The notes beneath the pieces are model-generated. The model was not told where the DNA came from. It made no database searches and saw only the letters and a list, made by a program, of their open reading frames with translations. The position numbers and the translations under genes are program-made. Positions 17,800-27,711 of a stretch of 64,000 nucleotides of DNA are shown here, in pieces (position 1 is the first letter of the stretch; each line of letters opens with the position of its first letter). The stretch spans positions 18,477 to 82,476 of the forward strand of contig DAHG01000033.1 of NCBI GenBank assembly GCA_002495885.1. The letters run 5' to 3'. The stretch comes from Methanocellaceae archaeon UBA148. Lineage in GTDB: Archaea > Halobacteriota > UBA148.

Positions 17800-18156
17800 T
17801 CAGAATTCATAAGTGATGTCTTGCATGACCTTATAATCCTCAAGGATTTCTCCAAAGGCTTGGTAAAAATAGGCACATGCCCTTTTTAGGCCTATTTTAC
17901 CCTCAATTGTGAGCCCATATGTGCGCTTTCTTCCGATTTGCTCCGATTGGATTAACCCTTTGCGCTCCAAATCGGTGAGGGTTGGGTATAAAGTTCCAGG
18001 GTTAGGAATATAGCCCTTCCTTTTAGCTATTTCTCCTGCCATCTCTTGCCCATACATTTGTTTTTTGGATAACAACCAGAGGATCATGAAGGACAGCAGG
18101 CCCCGCATATCACAACAGGCAGGTGGACCATATATCATATAATTATTATTGGACAT
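17800..18156 (-). CDS. PadR family transcriptional regulator
   Basis: LSFMILWLLSKKQMYGQEMAGEI...PGTLYPTLTDLERKGLI. Confidence 0.8.
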   Translation of the reverse strand: MSNNNYMIYGPPACCDMRGLLSFMILWLLSKKQMYGQEMAGEIAKRKGYIPNPGTLYPTLTDLERKGLIQSEQIGRKRTYGLTIEGKIGLKRACAYFYQAFGEILEDYKVMQDITYEF

Positions 18157-18217
18157 CCGTTGCTTTTAAAGTTTCTGATTAACAGGAGGTTAGTTATACT
18201 GTGCACAAAATGTATGG

Positions 18218-19486
18218 CTATCTGCGGTTCGAGAGAACCCTGCCATAGATGTATTCAAAAGCCAGACCTACGTCGCCGAGATCCCTAACAATATAATATA
18301 TATTAAATAGGTGCTTTAAAAGCATTGCCAGAAAGCCTGAGAATGCGAGTCCCCCTATGAGTGGGAGATTAACCATATCTACCACTGCATATTTGCTGCC
18401 GATGGATACCACGGTTCCATGTATTTTGGGTTTGTACTCCTTCTTGCTTTTACCTTTAAGTTCTGCTAGGATGTTATGGGCTGCACAATCTGCCGTCTGG
18501 AGAGCTGCTTCGACAAATTGCGGTAGGGGGGTTCCATCATCGGTGATGAAGTATGCGCAATCTCCAATTGCATAGACCTCAGGATGGTCAGTAACCTGCA
18601 GATATTTATTGACCCCTATTCGGTTGCGTCCAAAGGTCTTTAGCCCTAAACCATCGACGATGCGATTGGCACAAATCCCTGCAGCCCAGATCGAAGTTCT
18701 GGTCATGATTTTCTCACCCGATTTAAGTTCTACATAGTTCGGGCCTACTCTTGCAATCGGTGAATTTACCATTATCTGAACGCCCTTTGACTTTAGGATT
18801 CTCTTGGATTTATCGACTAGACTAGGTCTCAAAGTGGGTAATAGGTCTGCCAGTGCTTCCACCAAAATTAAATTGACTTGATCCTTGGATACGTTGTATT
18901 TTCTGGATAAAGCCACAAACCACTCGGCCATCTCACCAGCAACCTCGACGCCAGTAAGACCTCCACAGCATACAACAAAGTTGAGTAACTCCCTCCCTGC
19001 ATCTTGCTCCTCCTGAGCAGAGACAAACATACTCCCTATATGGTCCTTTATCCTCTTTGCATCCTCTAGAGTCCATAATGGAAAACTGTGTTCCCGTGTC
19101 CCAGGAACTCTGAAGAATTCTGGTTCACTACCGACTGCAAGGATCAGATAATCATATTTCAATATATCAGCATCAGTCGACACTTTTCGCTGGATGAAAT
19201 CTATTTTTTTGACTTCCCCCTTTAAAAATGATGCGCGCTTAACATATTTTTTGATTGGAGTTGCCACCAACCTTGGTTCAACCCTGTTTCCTGCAACCTC
19301 ATATAGCTCAGACAATCTGACATGTACATCATTTTTGTCGATGAGCGTAATACTCGTATCCTTGCCCAAAGAGCTGCTTAATTTTCGAGCAGCATGAAGC
19401 CCTGCATATCCAGCCCCTACGATGAGGATGTGCTTTTTGTTTTGCAAATACAAACAACCCCGAATGAAGACAGACCTCTCTGTCAA
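18218..19486 (-). CDS. Type II NADH dehydrogenase-like FAD-dependent pyridine nucleotide-disulfide oxidoreductase
   Basis: ILIVGAGYAGL and VVCCGGLTGVE dinucleotide folds, plus AIGDCA near the C-terminus. Confidence 0.75.
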   Translation of the reverse strand: MTERSVFIRGCLYLQNKKHILIVGAGYAGLHAARKLSSSLGKDTSITLIDKNDVHVRLSELYEVAGNRVEPRLVATPIKKYVKRASFLKGEVKKIDFIQRKVSTDADILKYDYLILAVGSEPEFFRVPGTREHSFPLWTLEDAKRIKDHIGSMFVSAQEEQDAGRELLNFVVCCGGLTGVEVAGEMAEWFVALSRKYNVSKDQVNLILVEALADLLPTLRPSLVDKSKRILKSKGVQIMVNSPIARVGPNYVELKSGEKIMTRTSIWAAGICANRIVDGLGLKTFGRNRIGVNKYLQVTDHPEVYAIGDCAYFITDDGTPLPQFVEAALQTADCAAHNILAELKGKSKKEYKPKIHGTVVSIGSKYAVVDMVNLPLIGGLAFSGFLAMLLKHLFNIYYIVRDLGDVGLAFEYIYGRVLSNRR

Positions 19487-19518
19487 GAGGGCGATGCGAT
19501 GCTATTGCTATTATATTA

Positions 19519-20268
19519 CTATTGCGTTAACCACCCACCGTCTACGAACAGCGTAATCCCGTTGATAAAGTTTGACTCGCCTGAGGCGAGGAACAACGCA
19601 GCATTCGCTATATCCTCTGGATGACCCACCCTACCGAACGGGGTTGATCCAAGCAACATCCGCTTGGTGGCATCATCTGCCAGCATATCCCTTGTCATGG
19701 GCGTCTCGATTACACCAGGACCGATGGCATTCACATTGATGTTTTTTGGTGCCAATTCCAATGCCATTTCTCTGGTCAGATTGATGACCCCGCCCTTAGA
19801 TGCACAGTATGCAGACGAATTTAAGAAGCCAACTTGTCCGGCAACAGATGCGAGGTTAATTATCTTGCCTCCTCCTTGCTTTAGCATTTCCGGAACAACA
19901 CGTTTTGAGCAAAGGAATACGCCCTTCAGATTGATATCCAACACCTTATCCCAGTCTGACTCTGTAGTTTCCATAAGTGGCTTTTGAATGCAAATCCCAG
20001 CATTGTTCACCAGTATGTCGATTTTCCCGAGCTTGTTGACAGTCTCTTTCACCATTTGATCGACGTCTGAGGAATTAGAGACATCCGTTTTTATGACCAA
20101 TGACTTTCGGCCAAGAGCCTCGATTTCTTTAGCCGTATTTTGTGCCCCTTTCAAATTTATATCTGGAACCACGACATCTGCCCCTTTCTTAGCAAAATGC
20201 AGAGCTATTGCTCTCCCCACCCCGGATCCAGCGCCAGTTACTATGGCTACTTTATCTTTGAGCATCAT
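19519..20268 (-). CDS. Short-chain dehydrogenase/reductase (FabG/glucose dehydrogenase-like)
   Basis: VAIVTGAGSGVG, NNAG and YCASKGG SDR motifs. I prefer the start at MMLKDKV. Confidence 0.85.
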   Translation of the reverse strand: MMLKDKVAIVTGAGSGVGRAIALHFAKKGADVVVPDINLKGAQNTAKEIEALGRKSLVIKTDVSNSSDVDQMVKETVNKLGKIDILVNNAGICIQKPLMETTESDWDKVLDINLKGVFLCSKRVVPEMLKQGGGKIINLASVAGQVGFLNSSAYCASKGGVINLTREMALELAPKNINVNAIGPGVIETPMTRDMLADDATKRMLLGSTPFGRVGHPEDIANAALFLASGESNFINGITLFVDGGWLTQ

Positions 20269-20532
20269 AATACCTATCACCAACCATGAAGAGACGCCCA
20301 CTTAGTTATTAATTTTTTCCACGAAAACTATTAAACATCAATTCAAAATCAAGCGACATTACATTCAACAAACACAAATTAAAAGCATGAGGAAAATCGG
20401 GTAAATAAGAATTTATCAGGCACAATATAGCCCAGGTAGTACGACATCTAACGAATCCTTTCCAGAGTCTTTGGCGGCCTTATTTATAGTACCCCATGTT
20501 ACACCATAACCACCAAATCTTAGAAGAAGAGC

Positions 20533-21207
20533 CTACCTAATCTCAGTTCCAACGTGTTCATTCTTGATAACAGCATTGACGATATTTTTCGGATTTGTAC
20601 CGTTTAGCACGATCGTTGGAATCTTAGACCTCTCGATGATCTTTGCAGCAAGTGGATCGATCACTGACCCTGACCCAGCCTTCATCTCTATATTCATCAC
20701 AATATTGACCAACTGCTTGGGTGTGATCTTATCAAGCTTTTTGGCACTTGAGTCTGCTCTGGGGTCCTTAGTATAAACTCCGTCAACTGATGTTGCGTTA
20801 ACGAGAAGGTTCGCTCCAACAAATTCAGCCAATATTGCTGCAGTAGCATCCGTTGTTTGACCTGGGCTGACGCCACCCATTACCACTATTTTACCAGATG
20901 ATGCGGCACTCTCGGCTTCTTTGTAATCCATGGGGGGCGTTGGGTATACGTCTCCTGATAGAGCGGAAATCAACAAACGTGCATTCAGTCTGGTTAGGTC
21001 GATGCCTATAAGATCGCAAAATGCTTCATTCGCACCTAAATCCCTTGCAATGCGAATATACTCACGCGCGATAGCACCTCCTCCGACGACGATAAAAATC
21101 CTGTGTTGAGCTGCTATCTCCTTTATCGCCTCTGCGTATTCCTTGAACCTTTTCGAGTCCAACTTGGGCACAAGTATTGAACCGCCCATCGATATTACCA
21201 CTATCAT
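20533..21207 (-). CDS. pyrH: UMP kinase (archaeal type)
   Basis: MIVVISMGGSIL...VVGGGAIAREY...VMGG...GQTTDA. The track ORF extends upstream, but the conserved N-terminus starts at ATG 21207. Confidence 0.85.
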   Translation of the reverse strand: MIVVISMGGSILVPKLDSKRFKEYAEAIKEIAAQHRIFIVVGGGAIAREYIRIARDLGANEAFCDLIGIDLTRLNARLLISALSGDVYPTPPMDYKEAESAASSGKIVVMGGVSPGQTTDATAAILAEFVGANLLVNATSVDGVYTKDPRADSSAKKLDKITPKQLVNIVMNIEMKAGSGSVIDPLAAKIIERSKIPTIVLNGTNPKNIVNAVIKNEHVGTEIR

Positions 21208-21554
21208 GGATAGATTGTTACATGTATATGTATAAATAAATAACATAAGCACAGAATCAGGATGTTCTGAGGGGCGATGTTGCACCATAGTATCGCAAGA
21301 TTTGTGGAAAAGGAAGTAGCGGATTTTATGAGTGCTATGCCCAAGGTGCACGAAAAGCTTCAGCGCCCGTCAAAAATACAGATCGTCTTATTTATTGGTG
21401 ATCAAATTCATTCTATCTATCACCATTCGAGGTACAGCTAAACCTCATAAAACACTATCTCAGAAAGATATATATGCCATGGTAAATATACTAAAGTAAT
21501 AGGGGGATGAGGACATCAACATAGCATAGTATAGTATAGAATAGAGGGAAAAAG

Positions 21555-22001
21555 TTGAGGTTTAAATCGGCTTTCACGATTTGGATGGGGGTGCTTTTAA
21601 TTACGATGCCGATCGTGTCAGCTACAGATACTCAAAGATCCAATTATATTCACATCGAAAGTGTGACCATGACTTTTGAAGGATCTGATATGAATGTTAC
21701 CGTTACATACAAACTTGACTTATTCGCTAAGCTCTACATGCTACTTTTTGGCACCAGAGTCGTAGAGCCGAAGTTAGAGGGCATCTTTGCTGAATTTGAA
21801 AACGTCGAGATAAGAAATGTATCGCAGGATAGTGCGGAGATATTTGCCGTTGATGTGCTGATCCAGGATGGTGGGGCTTATCACATCCGCCCACATAAAT
21901 TAGGACAGGAAGTCGATAGACTCCTCATAGTGTTCCCAGGCAATCACAGCATTACTTTTGATGATGTAAATACGGTGCCATCCATAACTTACTCATACTG
22001 A
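21555..22001 (+). CDS. Hypothetical secreted protein
   Basis: N-terminal signal-like helix (FTIWMGVLLITMPIVSA). No recognisable domain. Confidence 0.4.
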   Translation: MRFKSAFTIWMGVLLITMPIVSATDTQRSNYIHIESVTMTFEGSDMNVTVTYKLDLFAKLYMLLFGTRVVEPKLEGIFAEFENVEIRNVSQDSAEIFAVDVLIQDGGAYHIRPHKLGQEVDRLLIVFPGNHSITFDDVNTVPSITYSY

Positions 22002-22379
22002 TCGCTTCTTAGTCTTTTTAACACTTTTACCAAAAATGGATGGCAAGTGAACAACATAGGTCCCGTTTTCTTTAAGCGCCATAATGATCTCTTTTCGATC
22101 GAGCAGGGTTTTGATATTAAGTTCGTAGGAGCCAGGACCAAGTATCTTTATGCTTTCAATCCTTGTGGCGGTATCAGGGCTTTGGATGTCCTCTGTGGGA
22201 GCCTTTTCATCAACCCCTACTTTACGTATCAGCTCATCTACCGTGGATGCCTTTGACAAAGCTGGCTCTTCGCCCATCACGTAGAGAAATTTATTCCACC
22301 CACAACTTGGACAGCCGCTTAGAATCTCCTGTGATCCGTCCCTGAACAATTGCCCACACCTGGTACATTTATGTGGCAT
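21993..22379 (-). CDS. Zn-ribbon protein of the archaeal GTPase/DUF2073/Zn-ribbon triad
   Basis: MPHKCTRCGQLF...GCPSCGW zinc ribbon. Lies immediately downstream of the two partner genes. Confidence 0.6.
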   Translation of the reverse strand: MPHKCTRCGQLFRDGSQEILSGCPSCGWNKFLYVMGEEPALSKASTVDELIRKVGVDEKAPTEDIQSPDTATRIESIKILGPGSYELNIKTLLDRKEIIMALKENGTYVVHLPSIFGKSVKKTKKRSV

Positions 22380-22381
22380 TT

Positions 22382-22792
22382 CTACCTCTGCGATCTTACA
22401 GAAACCATTGCGCTGATGAAACCATGATCCCTTCGCAACGTCTTCAACTGATCCGCAGGGCCTACGACTGTCAAGCGAGTTTCTATAACTTTTTTACCAA
22501 GCAACCTGTCAAGAAAAGAGGATTTTTGTCTGCTGGGATAGCTTTCTATTTCGATGCCGACGAAGTTATCTGGCGTAATCTCAGTCATGGTTAGTTCGAT
22601 TAACTTCGCTTCCTCTTCTGGCGTTAAACCTCTCTCAAGAATGACGATGTTACCTTGCCGCACACCCTCCAGAATGAGGTTTATCTTTTCCATGGAGGTC
22701 ATGGCTGAGGTAAAGTCTTCGGATATCAAATCTATCTGAACCCCTTGCACCTTAGTCTTTCCTTTAGTCTTCTTCGCCATCTTATCACCCAA
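22382..22792 (-). CDS. Conserved archaeal protein (DUF2073-like, by recall)
   Basis: 136 aa, overlapping the GTPase gene by 8 nt. The family name comes from memory of the conserved archaeal triad and was not searched. Confidence 0.5.
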   Translation of the reverse strand: MGDKMAKKTKGKTKVQGVQIDLISEDFTSAMTSMEKINLILEGVRQGNIVILERGLTPEEEAKLIELTMTEITPDNFVGIEIESYPSRQKSSFLDRLLGKKVIETRLTVVGPADQLKTLRRDHGFISAMVSVRSQR

Positions 22793-23420
22793 AGTGGTTA
22801 GCTATTGCTTCATAGAGTTTATCTATGTTCAGTCCTTCCAGAGCAGAAATCGGAATTACGGGATGCTGGGGAAATGCGCTCTTTATTCTGGCTGGTGAGG
22901 CTTCCTTGAGGTCTATCTTATTCGCAACGATTAACAGGGGCAATTCTCGTGCTTCCATGTTGCCTACAACGGTAACATTTACCTGTGTGAATGGATCCTC
23001 TGTGGCATCCATGATCAACAAAATTCCATCCAGATCGTCCAACCATTTGATGGCTTCAATAACGCCTTCTGTTGCCTCTTTTGCGCGACGCTTAGCCTCC
23101 TCTTCCTCTAGCCCAAATTCCATAAAATCGTGAAAATCAACCTTCGTCGCCAAGCCGGGTGTGTCCACAATGTCCAAAGTCACAGTAGCACCATTAGCAT
23201 TGATTACCACGCCCTCTCTTTTCCTAGCGCGGCGAGTCTCATGCGGAATCTCTGAGACAGAGCCCATCACATCCCCACTCCAGTCCTGGACGATCCTGTT
23301 CGCCAAAGTGGTTTTTCCAGCACTTGGGGGGCCATATAGACCTATGCGCGTCGCCTTCTTTTTGAATATCTTTTTGAGCCATGTCGGTAGAATGCGCTTG
23401 ATACCTTTTATTATACCCAT
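22785..23420 (-). CDS. Small GTP-binding protein
   Basis: G1 GPPSAGKTT, G3 DTPG, G4 NKID. Confidence 0.8.
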   Translation of the reverse strand: MGIIKGIKRILPTWLKKIFKKKATRIGLYGPPSAGKTTLANRIVQDWSGDVMGSVSEIPHETRRARKREGVVINANGATVTLDIVDTPGLATKVDFHDFMEFGLEEEEAKRRAKEATEGVIEAIKWLDDLDGILLIMDATEDPFTQVNVTVVGNMEARELPLLIVANKIDLKEASPARIKSAFPQHPVIPISALEGLNIDKLYEAIANHFG

Positions 23421-23589
23421 CTTATCCCCTCTTACATCTGATCATACGTACATACATACCTACATAAACCCTACATAAAGACTTACAGTATGCTCTATTT
23501 ACGTATCATATATATCTCTACTTATTTGATGTTGTCGTGACCCTTTTATATCTACAAACCATACTATATACTAATGGTGGCGTGTTGAA

Positions 23590-24141
23590 ATGGAGACAAA
23601 AATGTCAGTGCGGGAAATCATGACAAGGGAGGTGATTACAGCTGAGAAGGATATGAAGGCATCAGAAGCAGGAGAGCGAATGATAAAACAAAAAATTGGT
23701 AGCCTGATCGTGACTGAGATGGGTGATCCCATAGGTGTTGTGACCGAACGGGACCTGGTGCTAAAAATAATCTCAAAGGACATGAAGCCTAGTTCTGTGA
23801 CTCTGAAAGACATAATGACCCAACCGCTGATCACCATTGAACCCGACGAAAGCGTTAGTGAAGCAGCACGAAAAATGGTCAGATTAAACATAAGACGCCT
23901 GCCAGTCATCGAAAATGGAAAACTGGTTGGTATTGTCACCGACACTGATATGATTGCAGTTTCTTCTGAGCTTTCTTATATCCTTTCAGACATCATCGAG
24001 ATGAATCGTGAACACGTCTCATTTCAAGAAAGTAAAAAGTTAACACAAAGTATTTGCGAGAGATGTGGTGGTTTTTCGGCATCTTTAGAGCTCGTAAACG
24101 GAACACTGGTCTGTGAGAGCTGTAAAGATGGTGGATTTTAG
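23590..24141 (+). CDS. CBS-pair protein with a C-terminal zinc ribbon
   Basis: Two CBS repeats (VREIMTREVIT, LKDIMTQPLIT) followed by CERCGG...CESCKDG. Confidence 0.8.
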   Translation: METKMSVREIMTREVITAEKDMKASEAGERMIKQKIGSLIVTEMGDPIGVVTERDLVLKIISKDMKPSSVTLKDIMTQPLITIEPDESVSEAARKMVRLNIRRLPVIENGKLVGIVTDTDMIAVSSELSYILSDIIEMNREHVSFQESKKLTQSICERCGGFSASLELVNGTLVCESCKDGGF

Positions 24142-24164
24142 TTTAGTAGGAGTGATTAAAAATC

Positions 24165-24917
24165 ATGAATGTCCAAAGCATAATGTCTAAGAATCCCGTA
24201 TTTATCAAAGATGATGAGTTCATGACCAGGGCGCGTCAATTGATTCGAGATTCGCACTTCAGGAGTTTGCCTGTAGTTGATAACGCCCGTAAAGTCACCG
24301 GAATTATCACGGAAGAAGATGTTCTAAAAATTACATCCACCAAGTCAAATGTGACCGTCAAAGGATTTACCCGAGAGTGCCCGATAGTTACACCTTTATG
24401 TGACATAAGGGACGTCGCAATGACGATGGCAAACGTCAAAATGGGCGGAGTACCCGTAGTCAGGTCCCCACAAGACAGGGAATTGTTGGGGATGGTCAGC
24501 ATGGTGGACATATTCAAAAATATCGATCTCGATAAGGTTCCTAACAAAGAGGTGAAGGAAATAATGACCTCCAAGGTCAAAGCTTTTTCCCCTAAAGACC
24601 CAATATCAAAGGTATGGTCAAACATAATCGAACTGGGATATTCAGGATTTCCTGTAATCAACAGCAAGAGAGAGATCGTAGGCATGATCACTCGCCAAGA
24701 CATAATCAGAGCGGGTTGTGCCAGGAGCGGTAATGAGTCCCCCCCGGTAGAGAAGATAATGAGCACCCAGATACACTCGGTCGATCCTGATGCTACGATA
24801 AAAGAGGCTACATTAATGATGATGAAACATGATATAGGCAGATTGCCAGTTGAAAAAAACGGCAAATTGGTTGGCATAGTCGACAGATATGACTTGACGG
24901 AGGCGGTGATACGATGA
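24165..24917 (+). CDS. CBS domain protein (four CBS repeats)
   Basis: Repeated IMSxxxV...LPVV/GRLPV CBS signatures. Confidence 0.85.
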   Translation: MNVQSIMSKNPVFIKDDEFMTRARQLIRDSHFRSLPVVDNARKVTGIITEEDVLKITSTKSNVTVKGFTRECPIVTPLCDIRDVAMTMANVKMGGVPVVRSPQDRELLGMVSMVDIFKNIDLDKVPNKEVKEIMTSKVKAFSPKDPISKVWSNIIELGYSGFPVINSKREIVGMITRQDIIRAGCARSGNESPPVEKIMSTQIHSVDPDATIKEATLMMMKHDIGRLPVEKNGKLVGIVDRYDLTEAVIR

Positions 24918-25816
24918 GAAGGCGTGAAGGCACCTCTCCACTCGATAGAGGACCCGTAGATTTCAAATCACGGGTTTCATCCCGCCCAGGAGACGTGATG
25001 ATGCTCGCATCCAAGGATGTGGTCACCGTTCCACCTACTATGACGATCATTGGGATCGTGAAAACGCTGGTATCCTACGGCTTTCGGAGAATACCTATCG
25101 CAGATGCCGGAACGCACCGACTCGTAGGAATCGTTACATCCATCGACCTGATCGATTTTTTTGGCGGGGGAGCACGCCATAATCTGGTAGAGAATAAATA
25201 CGGTGGAAATCTGCTCGCTGCCATAAATGCCGAGGCCAGAGAGATAATGAAAAGCGATGTGATAACACTGACAGAGGATAAATCCCTGAAGGATACATTG
25301 AACACGATGATCAAGCATAAAACCGGCGGATTGCCCATTGTAGATTCTAAGAGCCAAATAGTTGGCATAATCTCTGAGCGCGACTTCTTGAGCCTTATTG
25401 CCGGGAAGAAGACCGGGATGTCTGTCAGTGAATACATGAGTAAAAGCGTGGTAACCGCACCTCCAAACATGTCTTTAAAGGAGGCTACCAAGGTCATGGT
25501 CAGTCACGTATTCAGGAGATTGCCAGTAGTCGTGGATAACGTATTATTAGGGATGATAAATGCCACAGATGTCGTCAAGTTCCTCGGGAGCGGGGAAGTG
25601 TTCAACGAATTAATCACTGGCCATGTAGACGAGGCTTTTGGCCTGCCTGTCAAGACGCTTATGACCTCAGACGTCTTCACCATAGAGCCGGATGTAGACA
25701 TCGGCGCTGCAGCAGAGATGATGATGAAAAAAGACGTTGGATCATTGCCTGTCCTAAAGAAAGGAAAATTAGCAGGAATAATCACCGAAAGTGATTTCTT
25801 AAGAGCGCTGGCTTGA
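24914..25816 (+). CDS. CBS domain protein (four CBS repeats)
   Basis: CBS signatures throughout. ATGA overlap with the upstream CBS gene. An internal start near 24998 is also possible. Confidence 0.8.
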   Translation: MRRREGTSPLDRGPVDFKSRVSSRPGDVMMLASKDVVTVPPTMTIIGIVKTLVSYGFRRIPIADAGTHRLVGIVTSIDLIDFFGGGARHNLVENKYGGNLLAAINAEAREIMKSDVITLTEDKSLKDTLNTMIKHKTGGLPIVDSKSQIVGIISERDFLSLIAGKKTGMSVSEYMSKSVVTAPPNMSLKEATKVMVSHVFRRLPVVVDNVLLGMINATDVVKFLGSGEVFNELITGHVDEAFGLPVKTLMTSDVFTIEPDVDIGAAAEMMMKKDVGSLPVLKKGKLAGIITESDFLRALA

Positions 25817-25858
25817 TTGATGGGCGGGGTGGGGCGCTAGACCGTCGGTTTAGGGAGC

Positions 25859-25948
25859 TTATGCTTCAACGATTTTGATCTCCTTTTCAGTCAACCCATA
25901 TAGCTTGTAAACCATTTGATCAATTGTTTTATCAGTCTCTTCAATCAT
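25859..25948 (-). pseudogene. C-terminal tail relic of an RM/BREX-type (Eco57I/PglX-like) methyltransferase
   Basis: Translates to MIEETDKTIDQMVYKLYGLTEKEIKIVEA-stop. This is the characteristic xIDxxVYxLYGLTxxEIxIVE ending of such enzymes. No methyltransferase body lies upstream. Confidence 0.5.
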
Positions 25949-26127
25949 CACCAGTCTTCTTCTCTAGATGACGACATTTTTCATCCTTATTTAGAGTGCG
26001 CGTATTTTCTAGATCAAGGTCAGGTTCTATCTCAGCGGCTTTTTTGGAGTCCTTTTTTTGTTTCGTATCCTTTCCATTTGCCATTTTTTTCACATCACAA
26101 AAATACTTAAAGTTAAAAGAATCAACC

Positions 26128-26547
26128 CTACAAACAATAAAACGAGTGATTGAGATACCTAGCTTTTTTATCAATTCGTTTTTTATTATCTTCATGAGAT
26201 TGGATAAAATTGTCTATAAGTTGCTTCTTGACCGTGTAGTCCCTTTCCCTCAAATATTTTTCCGTAAGTTTTCTCGGTTCAGGATCGCTCCTATACCTTT
26301 CAGTTTTATAAGCAGAGAATGAAAAGAAGAAAGATAGCAAAAACACGGTCATATAAGAGCCAAATAGATAAGAACTACTGGGTGGATATAAATTTAGAGA
26401 TATGCCAATTATAACACCAACGAACCCAATAATAACACTTGCTTTTGTATCTAGGTTTTCAATCGACTGAAACGGGTTATTCAATGCATCTTTTATTTCG
26501 CCATAAACTAATTCAAGTGTTTTTTTAGGATACTCACCCTCAGTCAT
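26128..26547 (-). CDS. Small 2-TM protein (possible SLATT/Pycsar-effector-like membrane module, low confidence)
   Basis: N-terminal helix, then ENLDTKASVIIGFVGVIIGISL and a second TM (YMTVFLLSFFFSFSAY), then a charged tail. The resemblance is from memory only. Confidence 0.4.
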   Translation of the reverse strand: MTEGEYPKKTLELVYGEIKDALNNPFQSIENLDTKASVIIGFVGVIIGISLNLYPPSSSYLFGSYMTVFLLSFFFSFSAYKTERYRSDPEPRKLTEKYLRERDYTVKKQLIDNFIQSHEDNKKRIDKKARYLNHSFYCL

Positions 26548-26568
26548 TTAATCCGCCTTCCAAAAGCC

Positions 26569-27711
26569 CTATTTTAAAAACTCCCCGATCCTCTCCAGTG
26601 CCTCTTTTATCTCTCTTCGCGATACGGCATAGGCGCATCTGATAAATCCTTCCCCGGCGTCTCCAAACACATCCCCAGGCACAACCGCCACTTTCTGCTC
26701 TTTGAGAAGCTTTTCTGCGAAAACCTCTGAGGTCATACCAGTGCTCTCCACCGATGGAAAAGAGTAGAATGCGCCTTTCGGCTCAAAGCAGTCCAGGCCG
26801 AGATCGTTCAGTCCCTTGACGATCAGCCTCCTTCGCATGTCATACTCCCTGACCATGGAGAGCATCTCCTCCCTGCAGTTTTTTAAGGCTTCAATGGCAG
26901 CCATCTGTGCCGTGATCGGAGCGCAGAGCATCGTATACTGATGAATTTTCAGCATTGCAGCTATGACTTCCAGGTTAGAGGCAGCATAGCCGATCCGCCA
27001 ACCGGTCATCGCATAGGCCTTGGAGAAACCGTTGAGCAAAATCGTTTTGTCGTACATGCCATCCAGGGAGGAGAAGCAAGTATGGGTCCCATCGTATGTA
27101 AGCTTGTCATACACCTCATCAGATATCACAAATAGGTCATGATCTTTCACTATGTCTGCTATTCCTTCCAGGTCTTTCTTTCCCATTATCGCACCAGTCG
27201 GGTTGTTCGGGTAGGATAGGATTATTGCCTTTGTCTTGGGAGTGATCTTTTCCCCTATCCGCTCAGGAACGACCTTGAAATCATTGCACAGATCTGTCGG
27301 CACCACCACAGGTTTTCCGCCGGCAAGGAGGACGCAGGGTTTGTAGGAGACATAGCAGGGCTCCACGATGATGACTTCGTCGCCGGGGTTTACTATTGCC
27401 CGTATGGCAAGATCGGAAGCTTCGCTCACACCCGTGGTCACGATAATCTGGTTCTCCGGATTATATCGTACGTTATAATCTGAAGCGATGCAGTGGGATA
27501 TCTCGTTCCTCAGCTCAAGTAAGCCCCAGTTAGACGTATAGGAGGTGTACCCTTTTTCCAGGGCATAGATACATGCCTCCCTGATGGACCAGGGGGTGAC
27601 AAAATCAGGCTCGCCGACTCCCAATGAGATGATGCCCTCCATCCCTACAGTCATCTCAAAGTATTTCCGAATGCCAGATGGTGGGATGCGCTTTACCTTA
27701 TCTGCGATCAT
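26569..27711 (-). CDS. Class I/II pyridoxal-phosphate aminotransferase (aspartate aminotransferase-like)
   Basis: LGVGEPDF, YPNNPTG and SFSKAYAMTGWRIGY (PLP lysine) motifs. Confidence 0.85.
   Translation of the reverse strand: MIADKVKRIPPSGIRKYFEMTVGMEGIISLGVGEPDFVTPWSIREACIYALEKGYTSYTSNWGLLELRNEISHCIASDYNVRYNPENQIIVTTGVSEASDLAIRAIVNPGDEVIIVEPCYVSYKPCVLLAGGKPVVVPTDLCNDFKVVPERIGEKITPKTKAIILSYPNNPTGAIMGKKDLEGIADIVKDHDLFVISDEVYDKLTYDGTHTCFSSLDGMYDKTILLNGFSKAYAMTGWRIGYAASNLEVIAAMLKIHQYTMLCAPITAQMAAIEALKNCREEMLSMVREYDMRRRLIVKGLNDLGLDCFEPKGAFYSFPSVESTGMTSEVFAEKLLKEQKVAVVPGDVFGDAGEGFIRCAYAVSRREIKEALERIGEFLK

Noticed and set aside
24236-24877. Long antisense ORFs opposite well-supported genes. Examples: 24236-24877 opposite a CBS gene, 56651-57424 opposite hypE, 49448-50026 opposite nfnB, 30228-30785 opposite argF, 37166-37594 opposite folD/MTHFS, 29109-29534 opposite pgk.
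   Set aside because: Each lies entirely within a gene whose product has clear family motifs. Their translations are low-complexity (Ser/Pro/Thr-rich) with no recognisable motifs. They are typical shadow ORFs.
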